DNA of 64,000 nucleotides from Octopus sinensis (taxonomy: Eukaryota): contig NC_043006.1 in NCBI RefSeq assembly GCF_006345805.1, positions 45,446,001-45,510,000 on the forward strand, written 5' to 3'. Shown one piece after another: positions 49,715-63,481 of the stretch; position 1 is the stretch's first letter, and each line of letters begins with the position of its first letter. A model generated the notes under the pieces. It was not told the origin of the DNA. It made no database searches and was given only the letters and a program-made list of their open reading frames with translations. Both the position numbers and the translations under genes were made by a program.

Positions 49715-50670
49715 TCATCATCATCATCATCATCGTCAGTTAACATCCGCCTTTCATGCTGGCATGGGTTGGACAGTTTGACCACAGCACCAGGCTCTAA
49801 TCTGATTTTGCAAAGTTTCTACAGCTGGATGCCCTTCCTTACGCCAACCACTCCAAGAGTGTAGTGGGTACTTTTTACATGTCACTGGCACGAGGGTCAA
49901 TAAGGCGGTACTGGCATTGACCACGCCTGAATGGTGCTTTTTATGTGCCACCAGCATGGGAACCAGTCCGGCAGCACTGGCAGTGACTATGCTTAAATGG
50001 TGCTTTTTTATGTGCCACTGCCATGGCATTGACCACGCTTGAATGGTGTTTTTTTATGTGCCACTGGAAGCCATTCAGGTGGCACTGGCAATGATCATAC
50101 TCAAATAGTACTTTTTATGTGCCACCGGCATGGGACCTATCAGGCAGCACTGGCTTCGACCACGCTCGAATAGTGCTTTTTACGTGTCACTGGCATGGGT
50201 GCCAATCAGGCGGTACTGTCATTGGCCATGACAATGACTTCACTTGACTCAATAGATCTTTGCAAACACAGTTTATTGTCCAATGATTGAAGGGTACTCT
50301 TAAATGGGCCTGTTATGCTGCACTGGTATAAGCCACGCTTATGGTCTCACTTGGCTTGCTGTGTCTTCTCAAGCACAGAATATCTCCAAGGGTCTCAGTC
50401 ACTTGTCATCGCCTCCGTGAGGCCCAGCATTCAAAGGTCGTGCTTCATCACCTCATCCCAGGTCTTCCTGGGTCTACCTCTCCACAGGCTCCCTCTACTG
50501 CTAGGGTGTGACACTTTTTCACACAGCTGTCCTCATCCATACGCAACACATGATCATACCAGTGCAATCGTCTCTCTTGCACACCACATTTGATGCTTCT
50601 TATGTCCAACTTTTCTCTCACAGTGCTTACACTCTGTCGTGTATGCACACTGACACTGCACATCCAGTGG
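49715..50670 (-). mobile_element. RTE LINE 3' portion (RT C-terminus, repeat-containing 3' UTR, (GAT)n tail)
   Basis: ERRLHWYDHVLRMDEDSCVKK and GRPRKTW-like region, contiguous with ~6 UTR repeats and the GGAAGGGCATCCAGCTGTAGAAAC block. Confidence 0.88.
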
Positions 50671-51162
50671 AGCATACTAGCTATATATATATATATATAT
50701 ATATATTTGAAACCAATATATGTTATATATTATGGCTCTGTTGATATGGAGCTTGCTTTGTAACTACAAGTTTGTAGTTACCCTCCTATTGTGTGACACC
50801 CAGGGCAAGTATCTTTTTCTATAGTCTTTGGCTAAGAGAGCAGTTGATAGATGTGGCGCCCCTTACACACACACACACACACACACATATAGCTACCTCT
50901 TCCACATGCATGTGTGTTATATATATATATATATATTTATATAAATTGAAGTGTGCAGTATTGTACATATGTTTATATTCTTTTATTTGTTTCAGTCATT
51001 TGACTGTGACCATGCTGGAGTATTGCCTTTACTGGAACAAATCGACCCCAGGACTTATTCTTTGTAACCCAAGTACTTATCCTATTGGTCTCTTTTGCCA
51101 GACCTCTAAGTTATGGGGACACAAACACCAACATCAGTTGTCAAGTGATGGTGGAGGGACAA

Positions 51163-51235
<73 letters not shown>

Positions 51236-51375
51236 ATGCCCTCTATATATAAATTAATATGTTCAATAAGAAATAATTATTTTCGAAATTTTTTCTCTTA
51301 TGAGGTCTTTCACGCTATCTACCTGACAATTTCTTGTTAAGTTTTCCTTATTAAGTAGTTGTCCTTAATTGCTAA

Positions 51376-51429
<54 letters not shown>

Positions 51430-52224
51430 CAGGCTTCTTTCAGTTTCCATCTGCCAAATCCACTCACAAGGCTTTGGTGGCCCAAGGCCACAGTAGAAGA
51501 CACTTGCCCAAGGTTCCACAAAGTGGGACTGAACCTGGAACCACGTGGTTGGTAAGCAAGCAGCTTACCACATAACCACACACACACACACACACACACA
51601 AGTAATTATTTGGACCTTTTATATATGGTTAGTAGTATGCCGATTAAAGCACTTTCTCCGTTTAGGCTACCTGATGTCATCTAGTTATGATATAAGTGTT
51701 ACTCCGGATCTATATCAGGAATTCCGCACCATTTTTTGAGTTTATAATGAATGAGGGAAATGGAAAATGGAGTTAGCAAGAATCTTGCTAACTCCATTTT
51801 CTATTGCCCTCATTTATTACACACACAAACACACACACACACATTTACACACAGACACACGAACATAGAGATTGTTTAACATCTGACAAGTTAAAAAATT
51901 ATTGAAAGTGGACTTTTGATGCCATCAAACTCTGCCTCAGTCTTTTACTGTGTATATTTTAAGGCTCTTGTAATTTTAAGAGAATATACAGAGATGGAAA
52001 GTGTGATGTTCATGCTTTCCCTGGTGCTTTAGTTGTATAACTGTAGTAAAATGACTCTTATCAGACTTATTTCACTCCAGTTATTATCTGTTGTAAGTCA
52101 TCTGTTAATGGCTTTGGCGTGACTTGATAAGCTTTCTCCATACTGGTTGGTTTTTTGCTTTAGTTTGCCACTTATTATGATCATTTCCTTTCCACTTCAT
52201 ATTTCTTTTAGCAGGAGGTGCATG

Positions 52225-52580
52225 TTTTGGGTTCACTCCCACTGCGTGGCACCTTGGGCAAGTGTCTTCTACTATAGCCTCGGCCCGACCAAAGCCTTGT
52301 GAGCGGATTTGGTAGATGGAAACTGAAAGAAGCCCATCGTATATATGTATATATATATGCATGTATGTGTTTGTGTGTCTGTGTTTGTCCCCCTAGCATT
52401 GCTTTACAACCGATGCTGGTGTGTTTATGTCCCCGTTACTTAGTGGTTCGGCAAAAGAGACCGATAGAATAAGTACTGGGCTTACAAAAGAATAAGTCCT
52501 GGGGTCGAGTTGCTCGATTAAAGGCGGTGCTCCAGCATGGCCGCAGTCAAATGACTGAAACAAGTAAGAGAGTAAAGAGA
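52225..52580 (+). mobile_element. SINE-A, 5'-truncated, little diverged
   Basis: Family match with CpGs intact. Confidence 0.92.
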
Positions 52581-52582
52581 GA

Positions 52583-52830
52583 GTATCTTTGAACCTCCCT
52601 CTAGGTCTTCCACGGTTTCTTTTCCCTTTGCGTAGTTGAGAGTAAATGAGTTGTCTGCGGAACCTGCTGTTGTCTATTCTGTGTAGGTGTCCCAACCAAC
52701 ATAAATTTCTCTCAACAAGGATTTCCATCAAAGGAAGCAGACCAGCATACCAAAGGATCTCTTCATTCCTGATCTTGTCAAACAGAGTAATATTCATAAT
52801 TTGTTGCAGCTGTCTCATCATATATGCATG
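52583..52830 (-). mobile_element. RTE LINE RT C-terminal fragment (different family)
   Basis: DKIRNEEIL...LCWLGHLHRIDNSR.RQLIYSQL..GKRNRGRPRGRFKD. Confidence 0.85.
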
Positions 52831-53057
52831 TAACTACAGTTATTAGAGATTAAAAACGAGTCTTGGCTTCAAGCTGTCTGGACATGCCAACCTTCTTTAC
52901 TGTCTATTATGAAAAATTATTTTTACTAACAAATTTTAGTTGATGTTATTTTAATTTTAAGAATGTGGTGGATGACAGAATTGTTAGAGAAGTGGATAAC
53001 ATGCTTTGTTAGATTCATTTATGTTGCTTTACATTCTGAGTTCAAATCCTATGAATA

Positions 53058-53229
53058 CTTTTTTACTTGATTCAGTCATTTGACTGTGGTCATGCTGGAG
53101 CACCGCCTTTAGTTGAGCAAATTGTATACTTATTGTATCGGTCTCTTTTGCCGAACCGCTAAGTTACGGGGACGTAAACACACCAGCTTCGGTTGTCAAG
53201 TGATGTTGGGGGGACAAACAAAGACACAA

Positions 53230-53264
<35 letters not shown>

Positions 53265-53416
53265 CATATATATGACAGGCTTCTATCAGTTTCCGTCTAC
53301 CAAATCCACTCACAAGGCTTTGGTCGGCCCGAGGCTATAGTAAAAGACACTTGCCCAATGTGCCATGCAGTGGGACTGAACATGGAACCATGTGGTTGGT
53401 AAGCAAGCTACTTACC
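53058..53416 (-). mobile_element. SINE-A
   Basis: Family match, inverted relative to 52225-52580. Confidence 0.92.
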
Positions 53417-53459
53417 ACACAGCCACTCCTACGCCTATACTATACATATATTGTTGTTT

Positions 53460-53755
53460 GTTCCTTCTTGAGCCACGCCTGGCTCAGAGGGCCGGGTTTC
53501 CGGTTTCCTTGGTGTATAGGTTCTCCACCTGGACGGGATGCCAGTCCTCGCAGGTGAGCTGCAAGATGCAGGAGGAATGAGTGAGAGAAAGTTGTGGCGA
53601 AAGGGTCAGCAGAAGTTCGCCATTACCTTCTGCCGGAGCCACGTAGAGCTTAGGTGTTTCGCTCATAAACACACACATCGCTCGGTCTGAGATTCGAACC
53701 TGCGATCCCTCAACCGCGAGTCCACTGCTCTAACCACTAGGCCATGTGCCTCTAC
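53460..53755 (-). mobile_element. SINE-D-type element, little diverged
   Basis: Minus strand: TGGCCTAGTGG A box and GGTTCGAATC B box, followed by a non-tRNA body. Confidence 0.85.
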
Positions 53756-56029
53756 TACTATGCATATATAGTAAAGAATAAATCCCTTCTTTTATTTTCT
53801 TTCGCTTGTTTCAGTCTTTGGACTGTGGCTATACTGGAGCACCAACTTCAAAGGTTTTGTCGGATAAGTTGCCCTCTGTACTTATTTTTTAAGTCTTGCA
53901 CTTATTCTATCAGCCTCTTTCCCTAAACTAATGCTGGTTCCCAAGTGGCAGTGGTAGTGGCAAAACAAAGACACATGCACATACACACACACATACACAC
54001 CAACTCACTCACACATATGATGGGCTTTCACACAGTTTCCCTCACAAGGTATTGGTCAACCCAGTGTTATAGTAGATGATACTTACCCAAGGTGCTCCAT
54101 AGTGCTCCTAAACTACACCGTTGCAAAGTGAGCTTCTTAGCTACACAGCCATTCCTGATATTCATTCTATTTTCTCTGCAGAGACAAAAAAAAAAAAAAA
54201 TGGGGCGTGGAAAGCTCAGTCAGCTTCAGTGGAATTTGAACTTGAAATAGTGAAGTACCAAACTGTATCTGTTGCATTTGTCTTAACTCTGAGTATCCTA
54301 CTTGACGTAATCATCATCACTTTAATGTCCACTTTTATATGGTTGCATGGGTCAAATGGAGTTCCTTGAGGCAGATTTTCTATGGTCTGATACCCTTCTT
54401 TTTGTCATCCCTCAATTTTTTTTCAAAGCCAGACATCTAGCAGAATATTGAAAATGAACAACCCTGCTTGTATGACAGTGACAATCGTTTACAGCTATCA
54501 TTTAAAGTCAAGACAATGTGACACAAACACACATACACACAAACATATGCGACAATCTTCTTTCAGTTTCCATCTACCAAATCCATTCACAAGACTTTGG
54601 TTGGCCCAGAGCTATAGTAGAAGACACTTGCCTAAGTTGCCATACAGTGGGACTGAACTTGGAACCATATGGTTGGTAAGCAAGGTTCTTACCTCACATA
54701 CATACCTGTACTTTGGTATGTTGCATTATAACATTTGATAACATCTTATGAATACCTATGTTTATCTATTTTTCTTTTTAAACATCAAGACAATGTTCTG
54801 TGTCAACTATTTAGATGAGATTCTAAATTTGGTCGAGTTTAATCTATCTTATCAATAGAATTAAATGGAGAACTTCTTCTTATCTGTTCAGCTTTTCCCA
54901 GCCATAGATTTATAGCAAGAAATGAAAACTACTGGTAATTTTATATATAATATCTTTTGAATCTCTTTTTTACTTGGGTGTTAGGTCACTAGTAACTTCC
55001 TGTCATACTTTACAGATTTATCTCCTCATTTCTTCTTTATTGATTAATTTTCACATATATAATAATTATTTTATGTATATTGAAATAGGTATTTTCTTTT
55101 CTCCTTCTTTTTTCTAATGAGAATTTGGTTTATTTGTCTTTTTCCTTTTTTTTTTTTTGGTGTTATAAAAAATTTAATTACCAAATAGATCATTAATCTG
55201 GAAATGTTTTCTACATTTTGTGAAGAAAGGACTGTGGAGAAATTAACTTAGAGATATTGATTCTAATTATGGATAAAGCAACAGAAGATTATTTTTGGCA
55301 AACTCCTGGAACATTTTCTCTTGGTCTTTGCCAAAGATTATCTCATTCTTAAATATAATTCCTTTTGGTAATCGATAATATCAGTTTTAAACCATTATTT
55401 ACATTTATTTGAGTGGAATATTATGCTTCATTTAAAATGGTAAAAACAATTTATTGAGAAACTAAAATTGTTAATTCGATTTTTAAAAATAAGTTTTTAT
55501 TCTCTAGAATAGAATAGGTTTTGAATTGAGGTATTTCTTGCATTTTCAGTAGAACTCTTTATTTATTTGTTAAAGCTTACTTTCAATAGATAAAATAATT
55601 TTTGTTAAATTAAAATTGGTTCTTACTTATACAGGCATACTTCAATTCACGTCATTACAAGTTATGTCTTTCCCAACTTCATATGGTTTTTTCGGTAATT
55701 AATGGAAATAAATAAGCCTCAACTTTAGTCAATTTATCAGTGAATATATTTAAAAGCATCAAAATTAGAAATTAAAAAATGCCTGAAATCCAATATTGAA
55801 GTGCAAAATGAAATAAGATGCATGTGAAAATGGTGTACAAATCACTTATTAAAACAAATATGAGCTAATAAATTAAAAGAAATTTTTTTGAGTGTTATAT
55901 CATTTTTTTGAGATGAGTTCGATGTCTTGGAACCAATTACCGACATAAATTGAGGTATGCATGTACTTGATTAACTAAAATTTTGATTGTCTGACATGAG
56001 TTCTTGTTACTAATATTGTAACTTTTCCT

Positions 56030-56640
56030 ATAAGGCGGCAAAATGCTTAACAATATTTCATCTGTCTTCACGTTCTGAGTTCAAATTCCGCCAAGGTTGA
56101 CTTTGCCTTTCATCCTTTTGGCGGGGCGATAAATTAAGTATCAGTTGTGCACTGGTGTCGGTCTAATTGACTGGCCCCCTCTCCCAAACTTTCGGGCCTT
56201 GTTCCTAGAGTAGAAAAGAATATCATAACACTTCCTATAAGGCAGCAAGCTGGCGGAATTGTTAGCATGCTGGGCAAAATTTTTAGCGGTGTTTTGTTCG
56301 TCTTTATGTTCTGAGTTCAAATTCTGCTAAGGTTGACTTTGCCTTTCATCCTTTCGAAGTTGATAGAATAAGTACCAGTTACCCACTCCCTTATGCCAAA
56401 ATTTGAAATCAATATTGAAACTTTTCTTAAGGTGGCAAGTTGGTAGAATCATTATTGCACTGGACACAATGCTTAGCAGCATTTCTTACGAATTTTTGTT
56501 CTTGGTTCAAATGCTGTTGGGGATTGATTTTGCCTTTCATCCTTTCAGTGCTGATAAAATAAGCAGCAGGATTGATGTAATCAACTTACCCCTCTCCAAA
56601 ATTGCTGGCCTTGTGCCTCAATTTGAAATAAATATTATAA
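56030..56640 (+). mobile_element. Three head-to-tail old SINE-B copies
   Basis: Each starts taaggcggca/taaggcagca/taaggtggca and contains ctttgcctttcatcctt. Confidence 0.8.
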
Positions 56641-56667
56641 CTTTTCCTGACTATTAATCTTGTCTGT

Positions 56668-57025
56668 ATTCTTTTATTTGTTTCAGTCATTTGACTGCAG
56701 CTATGCTGGAGCACCGCTTTTAGTCAAACAAATCAACCCCAGGACTTATTCTTTGTAAGCCTAGTACTTATCCTATCGGTCTCTTTTGTCAGACTGCTAA
56801 GTTATGGGGACGTAGACACACCAACATCAGTTGGGGGAACAAACACAGATACCCAAACACATATGACGGGCTTCTTTCAGTTTCTGTCAACCAAATCCAC
56901 TCACAAGGCTTTGGTTGACCCGAGGCTATAGTAGAAGACACCTACCCAAGTTGCCATGCAATGGGACTGAACCCGGAAACGTGGTTGGTAAGCAAGCTAC
57001 TTACCACATGGACACTTCTGCGCCT
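56668..57025 (-). mobile_element. SINE-A
   Basis: Family match. Confidence 0.88.
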
Positions 57026-57531
57026 ATAGCTACTCACCACACAGCCACCGTCTTTTTTAACATGACATTTTGATCATTTTCGTCTCCAAATAACACACCT
57101 GATGTTAAATGAAGGTTGTTGAAGAATTATTTGGCTAAAATTGCTCCATTTGTGTAGTATAAGATTCTTATAGAATTAATGCTTACCAGTGGTTTCTGCA
57201 GAATTAAATGAGTGAAGGGCAATGACTACCTTATATCGAAAGTTCAAAAGTCTAAGTAGTCGCCATACATTCTTTGTGAAAAAAGAGAAAATGGTATTTC
57301 CGTCATTCTCTGATGAAGGGTGCAACCCCAAACTTTAACTAAAACTTTTCCTCTTTCTCTTTACCATGTATCTTTAACTTGTTTCAGTCACTGGACTGTG
57401 GCCATGCTGGGGCACACCTTGAAGGGTTTTAATCAAGGAAATTGACTCCAGTACTTATTTTTGTTGGTGTCTTCTGCTGAACTGCTAGATTATAGGGATG
57501 TAAACAAACTAACATCAGATGTCAAGTGGTG

Positions 57532-57950
57532 AGCTGTCAGGCAGCGAGCTGGCAGAAACGTTAGCACACCGGGCGAAATGCGTAGCAGTATTTCGTCTGC
57601 TGTTACATTCTGAGTTCAAATTCCGCTAAGGTCGACTTTGCCTTTCATCCTTTCGGGGTCGATAAATTAAGTACCAGTTACGCACAGGGGTTGATGTAAT
57701 TGACTTAATCTGTTTGTCCTTGTTTGTCCTCTCTGTGTTTAGCCCCTTGTGGGTAGTAAAGAAATAGGTATTTCGTCTGCCTTTACATTCTGAGTTCAAA
57801 TTCCGCCGAGGTCGACTTTGTCTTTCATCCTTTTGGGGTCAATAAATTAAGTACCAGTTACGCACTAGGGTCGATGTAATTGACTTAATCCCTTTGTCTG
57901 TCTTTGTTTGTCCCCTCCATGTTTAGCCCCTTGTGGGCAATAAAAAAATA
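57532..57950 (+). mobile_element. SINE-B dimer inserted into an antisense SINE-A (57373-58225)
   Basis: 15-bp TSD agatgtcaagtggtg at 57517-57531 and 57951-57965. Confidence 0.9.
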
Positions 57951-58959
57951 AGATGTCAAGTGGTGGTAGTGGTGGGGGACAAACAGAAAGACACACGCAC
58001 ACACACACACATGCACACAAACACAAACACATGCATATACATACACACGCAAACACATACATACATTACAAGCTTCTTTCAGTCTCCATCTAAAAAATCC
58101 ACTCACAAATTTTTGATCAGCCTGAGGCTATAATAGAAAGCATTTACCCAGGTGCCACACAGTGGGACTGAACCCAAGACCACACGGTTGGGAAGCAAGC
58201 TTTGTAGCCACACAATTACGGCTGCACCTGCATATTATAGCAGTCTCTAAGTCCTGTCGTTGTACGCATAGAAATGAACTGAAGCTGTATTAGCGCTTTC
58301 CAATTAACATGTCTTGGTTACAGTATTTTGTTTGTTTCTTCAGCATTGATCCTAATCTCCTTGGCAACAGAACTTACCTACTGCGTATAGTGTTCTGCTA
58401 TTGCAGGCTATGGTCTTTGAACACAGACTGGAAGCATCATGTTTTGAGCCATTTAAAGAGCTGCTGTGCAACAAGTCTATTAGTAATGCCACTGCATTTT
58501 TTATGAACTCACTGCTTGTATTATTCACCAAAGTATTGAGTTGCTACTAACTTCCTTTTTATACATACATAAGTAAATCCATCTTCCTGACATTGTGGCT
58601 ATGTGGAAATTATTGTCAATAACTAACATCTTGATTTTCCGTTTTTTTTTTTTTTTAGAAACCATATTCATCCTTTATTTTATTTTATAGTTTTTTTCCT
58701 GCCTCTCTTAAATTCTACATCTGCTTTCCAAATCTCAAATGTTACAACTGTTTCATTGTCATAGCAACAACATTTAGATTATTAATGGCCTAGGTTTCTC
58801 AATTGGATTTGATCTTGGACACTGAGTTGGAAAACTGGGAAAGAGCTCAGTTTGCTATTTTATTATCAACCTACCTGATTGATTGACTAAACAATTAATC
58901 AAACAATTGATTAGTTAATTGGTTAAATGGTTAAATAATGGATTTATAATGATAAACAA

Positions 58960-59356
58960 AGGTGTAGGAGTGACTGTGCGGTAAGTAGCTTGTTTACCAA
59001 CCACATGGTTCTGGGTTCAGTTTCAGTGCGTGGTACCTTAGGCAAGTGTCTTCTACTATAGCCTTGGGTCGACCAAAGCCTTGTGAGTGGATTTGGTAGA
59101 CGGAAACTGAAAGAAGCCCATCGTATATATGTGTGTATATGTTTGTGTGTCTGTGTTTGTCCCCCCAACATCGCTTGACAACCGATGCTGGTGTGTTTAC
59201 GTCTCTGTAACTTAGCGGTTCGGCAAAAAAGACCGATAGAATAAGTACTAGGCTTACAAAGAATAAGTCCTGAGGTCGATTTGCTCGACTAAAGGTGGTG
59301 CTCCGGCATGGCCACAGTCAAATGACTGAAACAAGTAAAAGAGTGGAAGAGTAAAG
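58960..59356 (+). mobile_element. SINE-A, full length
   Basis: Family match, mostly intact CpGs. Confidence 0.93.
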
Positions 59357-59365
59357 TGAAATAGA

Positions 59366-59411
<46 letters not shown>

Positions 59412-60369
59412 AGTAACAGTATTATGACTCTCCTGTGAGGGCATGTGACCGGGTGGTTAGGGTGTTGCTCTCATGATTGCAAGATCATGAGTTTAGTTCC
59501 TGGTGTATTGTGTTCTAGAGCAAAACACTCATCTCATGTTGCCCTGTGATCACTTTGGCATCTGACATGTGGCACAACATGCAACTGTACAAGTAATGGC
59601 AATTTCATGGAGGGAATGAGATACAGTACAGCAGAAACATTTGATCACTGTAAACACAAATCATGTGTGCTGGTTGTTCAGCAAGAAATTTCATACCTTT
59701 CTTTTTCAGACTCAAGAGACTACCTATCGTTAAAATGATCCTCCCAACAATATCAATTTAATGGTTTAGTTTGACGGGAATGTAGTCATGGCTTTCACAG
59801 GCCCTCCGAGACAGACGAGATCAATGCAGTTAATGTCTCTCTTTAACAGCTGCAAGAAAAACATGGGTGGAGAGAGAGAAAGAATTCTAGCAGAATGATG
59901 TGCTGGGAGAAAGGGCTTCAGAGAGTGTTCAGGGTTGTGGACACAATAAGTAGAGGTTGGATAAGACCAGTCAGTAGTAGTAGAATGAAGAAACATAACG
60001 TGTGTTGCAAGCCGGAAGTTGGAGTTTGTTGGTAAGCAATTTAATGACAGTTAGTTGGTTAGATTTCTTTTTATTTTATTTGATGCAATCTAGGATCTCT
60101 CTGTAGTGCAACACCATTTTAATTACACAGTATTTCTTATTCTTATCATATAATGCCCCACTTTCCTATGCATACATGGGCCAGACAGAAATTTGTTGCA
60201 GCAGATTTTCCATAGCTGGTCGACCCTTCATGTTCCCAACTCTCAGCTGTTTTCAAGTTTGGTAGTATTTTTCCATGGTTAGGCATGTTTTTTATCTTTT
60301 TTTTTTCCTTGTTTGAATGACAGCGATTCTCATTTATAATTGCCATGTGATTTCTAGACATGGCTGCAC

Positions 60370-60392
60370 ATAAACACATGTGCGCGCACACA

Positions 60393-60432
<40 letters not shown>

Positions 60433-60730
60433 ACACCCACACAAGGCACACCCACACACACACACAAGGCACCCCCCACACATACACACAAGGCACACCC
60501 ATATACAAGGTACACCCACACACGAGGCACACCCAAACACAAGGCACACCCACACACAAAGCACACCCACACACAAGGCACACCCACAGACAAGGCACAC
60601 CCACACACAAGGCACACACACACCGGGAACTCCCACACAAGGCACACCCACATACAAGGCACACACACACACACACACAATCACATAAACACATACATAC
60701 AATGCATGCACATACACACACAAGGCAAAC
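60370..60730. repeat. CA-derived minisatellite, unit ~cacacacaaggcacacc
   Basis: More than 10 variable units inside a (CA)n field. It generates the spurious 198-aa C/V-rich ORF. Confidence 0.9.
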
Positions 60731-63481
60731 CCACACCCACACTGATATACTTTAATTTATTTTTACTTGTTTCAGTCATTTGATTGTGACCATGCTGAAG
60801 CACTGCCTTCACTCACAAGGTTTTGGTCAGTCTGGGGCCGTAGTTGAAGATACTTGCCCAAGGTGTCATGCAGTTTGACTGAACTGAGAACCATATAAAT
60901 GAAAGGCAAGCTTGGACTTTGATAGAATTTGAACATAGAACATCAAAGAATGTAATTGCTGTCCACTCTTCTATGGATTTTGTTGTCATACACTGCAACA
61001 GTAGCAATACTGGAAATAGAAAGACAAACATTAATCGTAAAGCCACATTAATAATTAAGGAATAATAACCAAAACTAACAGTATAGAGCAAAATGACAAC
61101 AAAATCTAATTACAGTTTCTAATTTAGAGACAAGGCCAGTAATTCTGAGGAGCAGAGTTTAGTCATTACCTTGACTGGTACTTCATTTTAATGGTTTACT
61201 CTTTTACTTTTTTTAGTCGGTGCCAGCGCAGGTGTATTTTATGTGATGTTGCGCAGGTGCTTTTTACATGATTGCTAATAATAATACTTAATGCACAGCC
61301 ATTTTATATGTAATTCTGTCTAGAGATATACCATGGTTGATAAAAATAAAATTGACTCAGCTCTGATGCAAGAAAAATAATTATGTGGTAACATGGTTCT
61401 CTTTATATGCTACGGGATTTGCAGAGTTGAAGAAAATATTACCTGTATTTTATGGTATAATAACTTGGAATCTTTAAGAGAAACCAAAAGATCCTGCAAA
61501 CAAAAGGCAGATTATAGTATATATCTGTATGATATACAGAGCCTATTGTTTTATGACAAGGAAATTTGCATAAACAAAGTGAATGTTGATGATTCACTTT
61601 GTTAGCGTCTAAGAGACTTGCAAACTAATCAAGAATTAAGATCTACCAATCAAGAGTATTGTTAAAGAATATAAGAAACTAACTTGAAGGAAGCTGGAGT
61701 TAATATTTAACCCTTTAACATTCAAATTATTCTGTCTAATGCAGTGGTTCCCAAACTTTTTCAGGCTGCTGCCCCGTTGACACTCAGACCAAATTCCTAG
61801 AAACCCCACCCTAACTAACCATCACAAACATAGACCTCTTTCTGAAGCAGATTCAAAGCAACTGTATTTCACAAATAAAACTTAACCAAATGAACCCTTT
61901 ATTTTGTTGTTTTTACATGAATCGCTATCCCATTATCGCCCCAATTTTTTACATGAATCACTACCCTATTATTGCACCATCCGAACATGGCCAATGCCAG
62001 TGCCACCTTGACTGGTGTCCGTGTTGATGGCACGTAAAAAGCACCAACCGATTGTGGCTGTTTCCATCTTCCTCTGGCCCCTGTATTGGTGGCACGTAAA
62101 AAGCACCCACTACACTCACAGAGTGGTTGGCATTAGGAAGGGCATCCAGCTGTAGAAACAATGCCAGATCAGACTGGAGTCTGGATGCCAACAACAACAA
62201 CATTTTAATAAACTCATCATTATTCTCAAAATTTATTGAAGCAAAGGAATTACGTTTTTGCATAATCATGAGAGTAAAAGGGTTAACCTAAAATATCCCA
62301 AACCATACAAATGCTCCAAGTTCAATAATTACATTACAAAAACCATATCTCGTCTTTTTTACAATGTCTGAAAATGCCTCTGCTCCACTCTTTAGCATTT
62401 AAACCAGTTATATCTGGCCCTTATATTCTACCTGTTTTGTGCTCAAACTATCTAGATCCTGCCTCTTGAACGTACCCTTGAATATATGTCATTCCAAAAA
62501 TAAACAAAGCCTTGAAGCTACAAGATAATGTCTGATTAATTCAAAACAGTTTGAATAAATAAGCAATACATTTGACAGAGTAATCTGAATGCTAAAGGGT
62601 TTAATAGCTTTTGAATATTTTACAATAACACAATTACACCCTATATCTCTTCCCTTCAGCTCTTAATTACTGTTTTTCCAAACCATCACCATCATCATCA
62701 GTGATACAGCATCGTTGAAAATTGGGTATTTGGATTTGCTTATGTCATGTTCCTGGTAAAGTCTTATTTACTTGTAGAATAAACAAAGATTTTTTTTTGT
62801 TTTCTGATAATATGAGAAAAGACTTAAGAAAGTGAGAGGTATCAACCATTATTGAATTTACATAATGTTAACGATATGATGATAATCTGCCATGATGTTT
62901 TTTAATTAAATCAGCTATCTTTAGTGTATGAAGTTAAAATTACTAAAACAATACATGAATATAACATTGTCTTTGTTAATTAGTTATACAAAAAAAAAAT
63001 GAATTCTATTAAACTTTATACATATATATATTATATATATATATTTTATAGTATATGATATATTTATATAGTTTAGGAAAGAGAAAGATTTCTAAAACTC
63101 ATATTGAATGCTGGGAATTCTGAATATACACAACCATCCTCACCACAATCATCGTCACCATCCCCACAATATCTACTTTTCCCACACTTGCGTGGGTTAA
63201 TTGAGACTTCTTGTGGCAGAGTTCTATAACCAGAGATGCCCTTCCTGGTACCAGCCCTTAATGTGAATTCAAGTATTCAAGTAAAGGGCTTTATTCCATT
63301 GGTCTTCATTTATTGAACTGCTGAGCTGTGGAACATAAGAGAATGAGATGATTGGGTGAGGCTGTTTGGAAACTGGTGATTTGGCACATTGAAACCATTT
63401 TGGCAATAGTACTTTTTAGCACTGGAGGCAAACACACTCACCCAAACGCACACACATACGTGTGCACAGAAATATACACTT

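Noticed and set aside
58309-58560. Overlapping open frames after a strong acceptor at 58343
   Set aside because: No clear donor and no recognisable protein.
60146-60755. Cys/Val-rich and His/Thr-rich 100-198-aa ORFs (metallothionein- or keratin-like look)
   Set aside because: Translation of a CA-based minisatellite.
62710-62755. Possible micro-exon IVENWVFGFAYVMFL
   Set aside because: The acceptor lacks a pyrimidine tract. The GPCR-like W.FG resemblance lacks the following Cys.
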